63,865 nt of DNA from NCBI RefSeq assembly GCF_000002075.1, contig NW_004798025.1, positions 205,717 through 269,581 on the forward strand, in the 5' to 3' direction. The position numbers and the translations under genes were made by a program. Below are positions 1-13,159 of the stretch, one piece after another (position 1 is the stretch's first letter; each line of letters begins with the position of its first letter). The DNA is from Aplysia californica. Lineage: Eukaryota. The notes below the pieces were generated by a model. It saw nothing but the letters and a program-made list of their open reading frames with translations, ran no database searches and was not told the DNA's origin.

Positions 1-140
1 TGTAATTATTGTTCTTGAAATTGTTGTTGTTGTTAATGTTATAATTGTCATAACTATCTTTATCTTTATCCTTACATGCGTTTCTAGATCAACATCGTGA
101 TCTGGATAGAGATCTACATAGATCGATCGATCGATCGATC

Positions 141-178
<38 letters not shown>

Positions 179-196
179 CGCTCACTAACACACACG

Positions 197-1575
197 TACA
201 GCATGATTCCCCACCAAAAAACAAGCAAACTTTTCAACTCTTTTTCTGTACATTTACCACAAAAATTGTTCTAGAATGTTGTGATTTGGATTAGATATAA
301 AAATCCATTGACATAAAATTCGGAAAGAAGCAACTTATTTTAAAAACTAAATGGCTTAATTAAAGAAAAAGTAGCCATGAACGCAAAGGGTATCACTTTC
401 TAAAAAATCTTGTAAAGAAAGTCTTGAAATGATTGGCTTTTTTTTTCTTCTCTATTTTCATTTTGACATTTAATTTTCCATCCATGTAAAAAAAAAATTT
501 AAACAGAGTTAAAAATCCTACGACTTTATTCTGAGATTCCTAAAAGCAATGTTCTACATGCGCTCCATAGGACTCGACATATTTTTAACGTTTCGTTTGA
601 AAGGTTCAATGGCTGCCAAACATAAGGACCCGCTAAATTATGAGTATTTTCAGTGGAGCAGCTTCTAGAGACAACAGGGGGTGGGCTGCCTTGTAGACAG
701 CATTTTTGCAGATAGGATATTTATCCTGAAAGGCGAAAATATACTTGGTACTGAACCAGATGTCATCGAGGAAATGTTCACGCTTTTCAAGACGACTGAG
801 GAATCATAAACACATTACCATGCTCTGGTTCATGTTATCTTCACCTAGCGAACATGAAAAAGGTACAGTCGTAGGTTTAGATCTGTCTTGAGAATGCAGA
901 CCGTTGTGGTGTAGGAAAGTCCTAGCTGCAGACATCGTCTGCAGACAGACGTCTCATGGGACTCGATTACTGAAATCTGAATCATTAGGGCGTTTAATTA
1001 AAGGGCTGCAAATGGTGCGTGTTCAGGTTGAAGTGGTTGTTTTGTTAAAAACATTTTGGAGTTCTGATCTATATATCTAAACTGATAGAATTTATCTACC
1101 CAAGACACTAAAGAAGGTCTTTAGGGCACTTTAACAATTTTTCCGTACCGTTCGCGGAACTAACAACATGTCAGGGATGGTACGTTGGCAGAGAGGTAAT
1201 GTTCAATACAAAAAAGCTCTCTGCTCTTTATTAAACTTAACCATGTTTCAGTTGGCTAAGAAAATTTGGGGAAGAAATATCTGTAAACTTCTATTGGTTT
1301 GCTAGACTGCAGCAGCTTGCAATATGACACGATCTATGTAACTTTTAATTGTAGGCTGATGCAAACTGGTGCATCATGCTTTAAAAATAAGGATAAAGAT
1401 GAAAATGGGTTGGGCTGTTTTTAATGCACGAAAAAGAGCAAAACCATTCTGTGGCATTATCTAATATGATTCTCAGACAATTTCCTTTTGACTTCCAAAT
1501 ATTGTGTTCAAATTTAAAACTCAAAACTTCAGTATGGACGAAATATTTACAAAACAAAAAAATCATCCTTTACAT
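197..1575 (-). mobile_element. Degenerate Tc1/mariner-superfamily element (same family as 15718-17096)
   Basis: Colinear similarity to 15718-17096 (e.g. aatgttcaatacaaaaa.gctctctgctcttta; gcttgcaatatg). Ends approximate. Confidence 0.65.
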
Positions 1576-1634
1576 AACAACATGACAGCAATAGTAGAAG
1601 AGGCTAGACAGAAGAAAATAACAAGCTTACTTAC

Positions 1635-1852
1635 GCTGAAAGTATAGCAACGCCAACAGTAGTACCAACGCAGATGGGGCCTACGAGTGGGCAACATTTC
1701 CCTTCCTCTGGCACGAGAGCGACAAGAGCCCCAAAGATGAGCATGAAGGTCAGGACGATTTCACACAGGAGGGCTTGGGACACGGATACACCTGGGGCAA
1801 CGCTCAGAGCCCCGGCTCGGATGAGCCTAAAGACGTCATCGTCCAACACACC
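1635..1852 (-). CDS. Aquaporin coding exon 3 (TM4-TM5)
   Basis: tttcacag|GGT GTG ... TCA GC|gtaagt; 218 nt, phase 0 to phase 2. Confidence 0.9.
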
Positions 1853-4800
1853 CTGTGAAATGAAAGATGGCTCTCGTTGAAAATGTTTTTTCTGGGTGTT
1901 GATCTTTTCCTTTCTATGTGCTTTCATGTTTACCTTTTTGCAGACTTGAAAATTCTGTTCCATTTCTTCGAAGTTTTACATTTTTCAACCTCCCCGCCCC
2001 CCTTTTTTAAGACTAAAAGCGAGATAGATAGGAGCTAAATGAACGTCTACCAAAGGTGACAGGAAGATTTGGTTAGAAATTTTAATTTCCTTAAATTTTA
2101 TTTACTTTTTGTTGTTAGTGTTGTGTTGCTATTCCTATTGTGCGTTCTTAGATCCAGGATTATTTGACTGACTGGCAGACTGAAAGCTGTTTGATTAAGT
2201 TTTATGATAACTTAAGCCCGTGTATCCGTGCAGAATATACATTCTATTTATGACCGTTCTTCTCTAAAGATCTGACTTGGTAATTTTTTTGTCAGTGACA
2301 CATACATTGTAATTTCATTCCCCGATACATTGTGGACCGCCGGTGTGCTATAGAGACTGCTTACAAAAAGTAAATTCTGCCAGCACCATCCCCTCTTTTC
2401 AAAGCGTATGTAGTGGCATGGGTAGAGAATAATAAAGAAGTAGTATAGTAAGATTTGGAGACAGCTTATCACTTCAATGTTTATATCAACGTTATGCTAC
2501 CAGTGCCAGACCTGGACATTAAGTAAAACCCATGAAAACAAAATCACTGCAAGCGAGATGATGTATCTCCGCAAAACCTTTAACATCACAAGATTTGACA
2601 GGCAGAGAAAAGAAGAAATAAGAGCTGCCATTAGCTGTGAGTTCTGCCTGCATTTCATAGACAAACAGAAAATACAATACTTTGGCCACCGGTTACGAAT
2701 ATCACCTAACCACCCAGCCTCGAAAGTCTATAACGCCAAGGACTCAGGTTATAAAAGGAAGATGTAGACCACGGAAAAGATGGATTGATGAGAGAGCCAA
2801 GGAAACCCTGAGAAATTGTAATATGCCAATTGAAAGAGCTGAAGAGCTGCAGAGCTGGCCTACCATAGAAAACTACATCTTCCCTTGACGCTTAATGGCA
2901 ACAGAGGGTAAAAATGTAAACTAAAATAAAGTAAGAATTTGGGTTCACGCTCTGATTATGTTATAAGTGTACGTAAAAGGTGGCACCTCCGAATTTTATC
3001 TCCAGCTGGGATAAAAATTGAACAAAATAAGGAGTGAGTATGAAATTTCTCCTCAAATCCAAGTTTTATAGGGGGTACCCCTAGACGGTCATATAATCAG
3101 GCCACCTGCGCGCTACTGACCTAGATTCCTTGTGGGCTGACACACCCGTGTAGTAAGCCCACAACCTTGTAGATCATTAGTAGTGATAAGCCTACGCAGG
3201 GTGCGACGGTCAGTTTGAATTGTTGTTTTCTCATGCTTTGACACTGGATTATTTCTGCCTAATGCAGTTTGCTTTTCAAGTTATCTGGATTATGTGAATA
3301 TTTTCTACATCATTGTGTGTGTTGAGGAACAGAAGTGGTGACTAATTAATTAATTAATTAAGATTGACCAACAGTCTTGAGATCGCAAATTTGAAGTGCT
3401 GTTTGGCTGCACTGTAGGCCTACTGTTCATTTTCAGATTCTTCATCGCCATCGTACTCAGTGAATGCCTGGGTTCATTTAGTTGAGGCCTAATGCAGTTT
3501 TTTTTTTCAAATCATCTGGATTGTGTGAATATCAAATATCTCTTCCATCAGTGTACGTGTTTAGATTAAACCTACAGTGAAGTTTTGACCGTGCAAGTTT
3601 AATTCATATCTGTCTAAAATACATGTCTACACAGTGGAGGCCCCCCTCCTGATCCGCACACTCTTCACTGACTTAGAGCCTCTCTATGCAAACAACCACT
3701 AAAAACGAACTCTCCATCCTATCCCTAGATCTGCTTTAGATTAGTTTATAACACAAACAGTAGACTAAAAGGACCATGTAGGTATAAATCTATATATCTA
3801 GACTCTGAGCGTCTAGGGGTCCACCCTTGTTAGGTAGGGAAAAGTATACGGATCATAATTATGGGGGAGCTCCTTTGACAATTTGTGTTTTTCCCGACCT
3901 GCTTTGTATATTAATATCTGCTGTTCTTTCACAGTGCTTACATGCTTCTCTTCTAGGCCTATTTCTTGCTTTCATCATGTGTGGTTATGACTCTGTTGGA
4001 CTGTGACTGACACCTTCAAAATAAACTGAAGGAATAAGAACAACAATGGGAAGAAAATGCTCAGTTGGTGGATGCAAAACTGGCTATGACAGTCAGAAAG
4101 GTGCAGAAAAAGTGACCTTGTATGGATTTCCTTCGGATGAAACAGAATGTCGGGCATGGACTGCTAGCTTACCAAACATTTTATCCTATGAAAAGGTGTC
4201 AAAACATATCAGTGTGTGCCCTCCATTTCCGTAAAACTCTAACTCAACTCAAGTCAACTTTCTGTCTTTCCATCGCTTTTGTCTGTCTAGAATAATTTTT
4301 TACATGTCCGTTAGTTTGAACACAAACACANNNNNNNNNNNNNNNNNNNNNNNNNNNNNNNNNNNNNNNNNNNNNNNNNNNNNNNNNNNNNNNNNNNNNN
4401 NNNNNNNNNNNNNNNNNNNNNNNNNNNNNNNNNNNNNNNNNNNNNNNNNNNNNNNNNNNNNNNNNNNNNNNNNNNNNNNNNNNNNNNNNNNNNNNNNNNN
4501 NNNNNNNNNNNNNNNNNNNNNNNNNNNNNNNNNNNNNNNNNNNNNNNNNCCGTGGCCGTTGTAATCATTATTATCATTACGAAGGTCACTGCTTGCTGTG
4601 GGCCGAAGCCTGAGCGGCCGGTGTGTCAGCCCACAAGCAAGGTGTGTAGTTCTCGGGCTGCGCTGCCTGATTTATGATCGCCTAGGGGTACCCACATACG
4701 CGATCCGGTCGGGTCGGGTCGGGTCGGGCCCATCGGGTAGTCAGGGTTAGCCAAATTGAGGGCGCAAAGCGACCATCATGGCACAAACTGATCGACACCA

Positions 4801-7800
4801 TCAGTGACCTACAAAAACAAACGCTTTTGTTTTCTGGCCTGCGAACTGTGCGATTGGGTGGTTTGCATCCAATCACAACATGGCTGAGTCACGTGTCCAT
4901 TTTTAACCATGAATACATTAAGTAGGTACTCTGAGAATTTCCGGTTTCAGTCTCACGCCTTTGACCGTCTTCTCGCTTCTCACGGCGGGTTTGGAGCGCT
5001 TATAGGCCTAGAGGAAAAAGGAGACGAATCAGAAGGAGGAGGAGGAGGAGCACTACAGAGAGAGGGTGATGAGAGTAACAGGGAGGAAGGGAGAGAGATA
5101 CATTGCTAGATCTAGATCTAGGTCTCTGATATGGGAAGTGAGAAATAGATAAGNNNNNNNNNNNNNNNNNNNNNNNNNNNNNNNNNNNNNNNNNNNNNNN
5201 NNNNNNNNNNNNNNNNNNNNNNNNNNNNNNNNNNNNNNNNNNNNNNNNNNNNNNNNNNNNNNNNNNNNNNNNNNNNNNNNNNNNNNNNNNNNNNNNNNNN
5301 NNNNNNNNNNNNNNNNNNGTGCAAGGGTATCGTAGGCCTATTTGCCTATTTTATGTATTCATGGGTCAAGGGTTCCGCCAATCGTAGCCGGGTTTACGCC
5401 CTCTGTGTAGTCGCATGTAGGTTAAAGGTTTCTCTGCTTTAACTTCCAGGTCCTCGGGTACAATCGCGGCGGGATATAGTGTGCACTGAACCACAAGAAA
5501 GCGACCCGACCCGATCGGCCCGACCCGACCCGACCCGACAGAATCGCATATGTGGGCACCCCCTATTAGAATGAACTACATGGGGAATCTGATATAGACG
5601 CAAACAAAAAAGGAGGAAAACGGCGTTTGTTGTGCAGTGATGAGCACACACACGATAAAGCACAAACCGCACTTCTGTTCTTGCTAACTACTTCCAAATC
5701 AGTTTTGAATTCTGTGCTCTAAATACATTTAGGATATAGAGAGATCTACTAGATCTAAAGTCTTGCTCTCAAAAAAAAATTTTTTTTTTAAATAAATAAA
5801 AAATAAAAAATAAGAACTGCGCACCGAATACGTCCCAAATTTTGATAAAGTCAATACAATGAAGTAAACATTTTAAGCGTTTAAATTAAAAACTCAACCT
5901 TTTGGGGACACGACTATACCAATTTTATCTACAAAATAATCGGCCTGAAGTATCCATCGACATTGCGAAGCACAATTCCAACAGAGTTGGGTATTATTGC
6001 AGAATTGGACCGAACTTATGTTGACTACTTTGTTAATGATTTTTGTAGGTTTTAGGGTGTGTTATTAACGAATGTGATACTCAAAGCCATCGCAAATGTC
6101 CCGTTTCATATTAATACCTGTATTATTTGTATATCTTCACGAGCTTTGCGTGCTAATATACCGGGAAAGAACAATGTGATTGCACGGAGAGTCACATGTC
6201 ATAGATTATGCGCATGCGCCATCCAACCTTTTAGAATGAGCACACTTCTAACTTTTTGCATATTTATTGTTGAGCATGCGCATTTCACGGTTTCTGCTGC
6301 GCTTTGCTTACGTCATTAGATCTAATCCCTCTCTAAATTTGAAATCCTCTATGTCTAACCGTCATTCTCGCTGCTCCTTGTCTGGGCTGGGTTATGTCAT
6401 GTCATGGATTCGTGCCAGTCGTGCGCCCTTCAATTATTTCTCAGTCATCAGAAGATTCTACGAAGACAACCAGAAAAGCGGAGATTTTGTACGTTCTGCA
6501 TGGTGTTTTCCCGAAGGAGGTGTGTGCCCGAAGTGTAATACGCAGTGCTCATTTCGTGAGGATAAGTGTTTATGGCGCTGCAGAAAAAAGAGGAGGCATT
6601 GTGGTTTCAGTGCTTCCGATAACAAGGGTTCTTTCTTGGACAATTGAGAAGAGCAGCTCGAGTAAGGTAAGAGAATATAAGGGGTTTTTTCTTCAGTGGT
6701 ATTTTTTATCTGCGCTTTCGCCTTTACAACCTTTAGAATGTAGGTCTCCGATGAGGGGTTAAACGGTCCCCCTATTTTATCACATTTAGGTTGATTTGCG
6801 TGATTTTAATGGTCAAATTCGTTTAAATTGAAAAATAAAACCTAAGAAAATCACAAATTTATGACTGCAAAATTACCCAGGGTTGGATATCGAGATTCTA
6901 AATCAGGAAATAATAGAAGCAACTGTCAGACACACACTCGACGAAACGCAAACCGAAACGGATGTTGTCTCCAGTAAAATACGAAAGGGCAGAGTGAAAA
7001 CATATTATGAGAGCTTCGATTTAAAGGGAAAAAACCATCAAACCTGAAAAATCCAAAGGTAGTTTCCGAACTTTGAAAGTATGCCCACGTAACCCATGGA
7101 GACAATTTTAAACTGATTCGTATTTTTGTTGATTTTATGGGCACCTGTGTAAAAAAGGTATTCTGACCTCACAAACGGGCTTAGCTCAATTATAATAAGC
7201 TATTGCCTTGAGATATCACCTCGTTCTTCTTCCTTTTCCCCCTCCCGTGCTTTGCCTTCGAGATTTTTCAATTGCGTATGACACTTGGATAAACTTGTAC
7301 AAAAAATATTTCTTTTTCAAGCAAAGATGACAGAGCAAGACTATTTGTCGAGCTTTAATGATTCGGAGNNNNNNNNNNNNNNNNNNNNNNNNNNNNNNNN
7401 NNNNNNNNNNNNNNNNNNNNNNNNNNNNNNNNNNNNNNNNNNNNNNNNNNNNNNNNNNNNNNNNNNNNNNNNNNNNNNNNNNNNNNNNNNNNNNNNNNNN
7501 NNNNNNNNNNNNNNNNNNNNNNNNNNNNAGTAATAATAAGTGCAGAGATAAAAATACTGGCGTCCGTGGTGCACGAGGTCTGTCTCAGAATAAAGTTTCC
7601 CTGTCATGCTGTCCTCACATATAATTATAAATCACCTATCAACAGAAAGCTTATTCAAATACCTATTCAACGTAGGAACCACCAAGTTCAAGTTCAAGAC
7701 ATTTCTCCGTTTGATGTACCCAGCGGTCAAAGACAGTGGTCAGGGATCGTTTGTCCAAGGTCCCGAGTGCTTTTCTCATAGCCTTTTGAATCTGGTCCTC

Positions 7801-9347
7801 GTCCTCAAATCTCTTAGCATTTCTTTCACCTTGTGGAAGAGATGGAAGTTGCATGGGGCGAGATCGGGCGAATAGAGCAGGTGTTCCAATAATTCTCACG
7901 AGTAGCCCTCAAGAAGCTCGTTCACAATTCTGGGCTTGTGAACAGGCGCGTTGTCATGGTGCAGGATGACGCCTTCTTCAAGCAAAGCGGGTCTTTTTAC
8001 CGGATCACAGGTCTCAGCTTGTCTTTGAGGACGAACCTGTAGTAGTCACCATTGACATTCACACCAGGTGTGACTAGCCAGCTCAGTATAATGCGACTCA
8101 TGTCGAAAAAAACAATATGCATCACCTTTCTCTCCCCGTGTTTTCTGTGTGTGCTTCATTTTTCATGTAAAACCTCCCATCTTCAACCTCCCGGATCCAT
8201 TTCCTTACTGTTCGAATTGATGGGGCATTATTCCTTATTACGTTGTATAGATCTCCCTGGGTTTCAACTGCAGATTGACTTGCCGAGAAGAGTTGAATTT
8301 TTTCTAGAATTTGCCTTGGTCAAAGTGCACAAGAACACCACACTTGACACGTCACAGCTCTATGACCCGTTAACTAATGCACTTGAAATTTGGCGTTGAA
8401 ATTTCTTAGACATGATGTAATGACGTCACAAAATTTAGTGGCTGTTGGTTGCGTACCTTTAATTTTATGGAGGAGGGAAACTTTATTCTGAGACAGACCC
8501 CGTAGCAGTTAAACGCTTTGATGTCGCAGGCTGGAGACACGAGTTCGATCCCCGAGGAGGGAAAATATTTATCGAGTATCTGGGTCTTTCTGTTATGATG
8601 TTGTATCAATCGAGTATCTCAGCCTTCTTGCGGGGATGTTGTATCCCTCTCAGCCAGGGTTGGCCTTGATAGGCAGTGTCGGAAACCTGCCTTCTAAGGG
8701 ATCTAAAACTGTGCTGATTTTAAAGAAAAAAATGCCAGTTTNNNNNNNNNNNNNNNNNNNNNNNNNNNNNNNNNNNNNNNNNNNNNNNNNNNNNNNNNNN
8801 NNNNNNNNNNNNNNNNNNNNNNNNNNNNNNNNNNNNNNNNNNNNNNNNNNNNNNNNNNNNNNNNNNNNNNNNNNNNNNNNNNNNNNNNNNNNNNNNNNNN
8901 NNNGAGGTTGGTGTTTGAAAAATTCCATCTCAGACGAGTGAGCTGCGTACCCTGTATCAGAGACAGTGCACTGTGACATTTGAGGTTCGTTCACTTTTAA
9001 AAACACAGTACATTGAGCAACAAAAAACAGTAAAATAAAATTAATTAAAAACGAACAAAAACACCCCTCCCGCCCAAAAAAAAAAGAAAACAAAAACAAA
9101 ACAAAACACAAAGAATGGATTTTAAAAAACCCAGCCTGTGCAGAGACACTCACTCTCAGAAGGATGGAGCCAATCATGGCGCCCAATAGTTGCGTCAATA
9201 CGTATAACACGGCCTTGATGACAGGAAGCTGGCCACACAGGCACATGCCCAGGGTCACCACTGGGTTGATGTGTGAGCCGCTGGGAAATGAACATGGTAA
9301 GAGTGTAAAAGAGAGAGAGGGGGTGAGAAAGAGAGGGGGAGAGAGAG

Positions 9348-9384
<37 letters not shown>

Positions 9385-10023
9385 GGTTTTACCACCTAAA
9401 AGAAAACAACGTTCAGTCCTGAAATTAAAGAAGAGCAACAAATGCGATCAGATAAATGAACGTGCACATAGACACGGAGACCTAAAAAACCCACCGGCAA
9501 ATAATTGAATGCTGGTGTGTATTATAGCACTTGTTGCAACCCCCCCCCCCCTTTCCCTCCCTTCAAATTTCCACTTTGAATTTGTAGATGGTGACCCCCT
9601 AAAAGCGGAAAGTATGGCACTGATTCTGGTTTATTGTATTTCTATTCCTTCCAATATTTTCCCTTCCCCTTTACTCTATACCCCTTAGCCAAGTACTCGA
9701 AATAATATTATTAATATGGCATGTTTGTGTCTATATCATTATACGAAAACTACATAACAACATTATAAAAAAACGTACCTAATACCACCAAAAGCAATAA
9801 TGACTGCTGCGATGACTATTCCATTGACAAGAGCCATCTGGAGGAGTGACATTGAAACGAATGGCACAGTCCCCACGAAGACATACATCACCGTTGCAAG
9901 TAACTCGGACATTAAAGGACGAATAATGTGCAGAAAAAGTTTGTTTCGGTCTCCACAGACCTTGGAAACATAACTTCTGTTGCTAGGGGCATGATCATCC
10001 ACATTCTCGTAATTTCTGGACAT
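1635..10023 (-). CDS. AQP8: Aquaporin, AQP8-like (partial; 3' exons lie left of the window). Exons 10023-9779, 9280-9154, 1852-1635
   Basis: Spliced translation MSRNYEN...RPLMSELLATVMYVFVG...ALVNGIVIAAVIIAFGGISGSHINPVVTLG...YVLTQLLGAMIGSILLRGVL...ALLCEIVLTFML...VGPICVGTTVGVAILSA has the MIP signature SGxHxNP and the TM1/TM4 Glu motifs. All junctions are GT-AG with consistent phases (2,0,2). The 127-nt NPA exon and ~218-nt next exon resemble vertebrate AQP8 gene structure as I recall it; orthology is an inference. Confidence 0.9.
2477..2930 (+). mobile_element. RTE-clade LINE 3' fragment
   Basis: LCYQCQTWTLSKTHENKITASEMMYLRK...YFGH..R...RPRKRWID, typical of the RTE RT C-terminus; frameshifted. 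Confidence 0.85.
3069..5565. mobile_element. Harbinger-like MITE (TTA TSD) with subterminal (GTCGG)n, interrupted by a THAP element
   Basis: Rejoined left end tta|tagggggtacccacatacgcgat matches the reverse complement of atcgcatatgtgggcaccccctatta. A related fragment lies at ~31640-31800. Confidence 0.7.
3078..4688 (+). mobile_element. Non-autonomous DNA transposon with ~70-bp imperfect TIRs, TA TSD and a THAP-domain remnant (4046-4234)
   Basis: TA|cccctag..atc/gtcata.aatcagg...cttgtgggctgacacacc versus ggtgtgtcagcccacaag...cctgatttatgatcgcctagggg|TA. ORF MGRKCSVGGC...FPSD....RAW...VC is a THAP C2CH pattern. Confidence 0.8.
6455..6647 (+). mobile_element. Merlin/IS1595-like transposase N-terminal zinc-ribbon remnant
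   Basis: CPKCNTQC...LWRCRKK..CGFSASDNKGSF matches the Merlin CxxC..WRC..C...S...GT/SF pattern. Confidence 0.6.
7574..8502 (-). mobile_element. Internally deleted mariner element
   Basis: 28-bp TIR cgRggtctgtctcagaataaagtttccc (1 mismatch), TA on the right and CA on the left. Frameshifted SPDLAPC.FHLF...RFED...VFDRWV..EKC...GSYVE C-terminus. Confidence 0.9.
8503..8740 (+). mobile_element. tRNA-derived SINE (family B) whose A box is split by the mariner; other copies at ~44170-44290 and 60610/61734-62060
   Basis: Rejoined ggcgtccgtggtg(ta)gcagttaa; B box gagttcgatcc; shared body atcgagtatctcagcc...gggttggcc. Confidence 0.65.
9154..9280 (-). CDS. Aquaporin coding exon 2 (loop B NPV, TM3)
   Basis: ttcccag|C GGC TCA CAC ATC AAC CCA GTG ... 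CTG AGA|gtgagt; 127 nt. Confidence 0.92.
9779..10023 (-). CDS. Aquaporin coding exon 1 (TM1-TM2)
   Basis: ATG at 10023; ends ATT AG|gtacgt. The start codon is the best guess and an upstream exon is possible. Confidence 0.85.
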
Positions 10024-10967
10024 TATTTCGTATAGGTATGTAGTGCAGAGGTAGGTGTGCACATAGGATCGAAATTTTCTTTGGCCACCGGGGTTTATCA
10101 CTTCACGAGACCGAATGAACAGTACAGTGATATGCAAAGCTTACTAGTCGTAGAGAAATAGACACACATTTACGATCACCATCAACATCTGAAAATAATC
10201 TGTTGTCTCAGAAGTTTACCACTTCTGTACTTTGAATATTCCATTTAATGCAGCATGACGTTCTCACGCTGCAAGAAATACAAACACAGCGGTGCAAAGG
10301 ATGACTTGGAAGAGGAAGCAAACAGTTTTTGTTTTTTTCTCTTGTTGAAGTCACACACTTTTAGGTACGGCTGCTGGCATATCCTTGCATTGGTTACTGA
10401 GTCATTGTATTTTACCAACGTGTGTTATTCGTGGAAATAGGCAAAACACAATATAATTGCCGTTCTGTAAACTTTGTCACCTCAGAAACAAAACACTGCT
10501 TCCAAAATCCTTGACCTCCTGCAAATGTGAAGTAAAATAAAATGTAACTTTCAATATGTTCATCTTATAACTTGCTTTTTGTTTTATCTTCTGCTATCGA
10601 AGCATAATATGCAATTCTCTATATTATAATCAGTTCTAACGACGGCAACTAATAATTGCTATAAAGAAATGCATGTTTAAAAAAAAAAGCGAAACAACAA
10701 AACTTGCTGCCTGCACGACGATAAATAAAGAAATCCACACAGCCAGGTTGCGTTAGTTTTAATAAATTCGTGTTATGCAAGATAAGCTGGTTAAAACATT
10801 AACAGCACAATAAATTACGATTACCGATGGACACACTGCTGACTGTGCACGAATGTTATATGAAAAAAACCCAAACAACAAAAAAAAAGAAAAATGTTAA
10901 AACAACACCTAAAACAAATGTCTGGTGCTCTATAAAGAAATGATCAATGGTTTGGGTTCACGTTTAA

Positions 10968-12073
10968 CCCTCCAGGTGTCATGACAATCGGCCGTCAGCG
11001 TCGCTACTGTGATGTTGCGGTGGATGACAGCCGATCTACGGGGCAGAGGAAAATAGCGAAGGTTTTTAATCCTATTGTCAAAAACTTCAAAGGAGTTTTC
11101 CAAAACTTTATAGAAAATTGGGCTGGTATTTTTGGTATCGTGTACATGTATTTCTTAGGCTGCGCCGGTATTCGACATGGTTCCGACTTGATATTCAATC
11201 TATAAGTATAAGTTTAAAGTTAGCCAATTATCTAGACTGTTATTTCATTTCATTGTATATATTTTTTTTCGTCCTCTTTCTGTCATGAAAACTTCCATTT
11301 TAAGTTTCTTTTTGAGCGCAACTAAAGTGCATTGGGCAGACACATTTTTACAAGTCCGCTAATATATTTACTTATTTTCTGGTTCTTCTGAGACAAACTC
11401 ACCGGACTATTTTCAGCTAAACAAGGTACCCCCTCCAACACTCAATCTGATAGATAGGTCTTGAACTGGTTTTAGTGAACAGTCAATCTGCTAAACATTG
11501 TCGAGGTCGGGATTTTGACTCGACTACAAACCACATAATCGATACCCCACTCAAAAACCCGCGTAATTTACCGAACATAAGAAGGGCGGCTTATTGAGTA
11601 ACAGCGTAAAATCTGCGCAATATACCCCATGTTCACTATCGTGTATTCATTTTCTAGAAAATGACATGACATGCTGTGAATAAAATAATATAAAAATTCT
11701 ATTTTACATTTTTTAAAGAAAAATCTCTTATCTATACATTAAAATTTATGGATAGCTTACAGCCTGTGGAATATGCTGAAAGGATTTTATATTCATAAGA
11801 AATAAACTGAGGGATATATGGACTCATTTGTAAACAGTATACAATCTGGCATTTATAGTCAATGATAGAAGGTCACAGTCAAGGTCACTGAAACATATTT
11901 TTTTCACCCGAAGTAATGTAAACATATTCTTGAACTCATAAGCTTTCAGAAAATGTATAGTTATTAGTACCTCATTTGCTGTCTTCTATTGCTATTCTTT
12001 ATTTTCTTATCCTAACTCTAAAACCTTAGATAAGCCTAGACACCACATCACGTTGTATTTGGCACTTGGAGGG
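10968..12073. mobile_element. piggyBac-like MITE upstream of the aquaporin
   Basis: TTAA|ccctccaggtgtca ... tggcacttggaggg|ATAA. Confidence 0.75.
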
Positions 12074-13159
12074 ATAAGCACTGTTGATAAAGCGCTGTAA
12101 ATGAAAATACCCAGTCACTTGTAGTAGTAAACTAATGCACGTAAGAAATGCGAGATTTGTTGCGTGAATTTATGAAAAAAACCCATAGACACTGACAACA
12201 ACCCTTACCACAACCAGAGGATATGCAGAGTACTTCATCAAACATGTGCCTCGGAACCGAGATATCTCCTGTTCGATCCTCACAAAAGTTTTGTCAATAC
12301 TTTAGACATTCTTTTTTAAAGAAAATTATGTGTAACAGCAACGTCAACTTGCTGTTTACAGATCGTACACCCCAAGAAAAGGTCCCAAAAGTGAGCATGC
12401 TCGATGCAATTGCCAGAACAGATATGGACCTGGGCATCGCTAGAGTAGTGCATTTTTATATTCGAACTTAATGCACCTGTAACAAATAAGACTTTTCAAA
12501 GCAAGGTATGAAAAACATTAATGTTCATATGCATGAATGTGTACGTCTAGGGCACTGTGGTATTTGGCTCAACAAGGGGGAAAATGATAACAGAACTAAA
12601 TACTTGATACACATTTCATCATCGTTGTACATCTCATGTTAAATTTATGGAATATATCTCACAAGTAGGGTGAATAATGGTCTGCCGTCATAACGAGCGT
12701 AATAAATGTTTTATATCATGCTGACATCAACTGGTGTAATGGATCCGGACCAACGAAGTTCAACTGACCAGCCAGTTATCTGGACAAGAGGATCCATTCA
12801 TGACTCTCAAATAAAACAAAATCTTCATGCCCGTTTTCGGAGTCAGGGTGAGGATTGAAAGAAATTTAGACTACTTTCTGTTAGTGTGCTATCCGTATGT
12901 CTCCGTCCGCGAAATAAACCTTAAATAAAATAATGATAATAGACAAAGCACGCAGAAGACGTACGGTTCAAAGGTAGAAAAATTAAGAAACGGCATTTAC
13001 ATGACATGTTGTCGTGAGAATAGAGATGATTTGGAATTTAAAGTTTGCAACCAAAACAAACTAAAGATCAGGAGTCGTTTGCTAGCTTAGACTTGTGCAT
13101 TGCTCCAAAATACATCGCGTACCCTGACGTAATCCTGGTTCACTTTGCAACACAATTAA

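Noticed and set aside
1-1630. Aquaporin exon with the second NPA
   Set aside because: No such motif found; the region is a transposon remnant, so the exon lies outside the window.
4046-4234. THAP ORF as a host gene
   Set aside because: Truncated before the final His and enclosed by TIRs and a TSD; it is transposon cargo.
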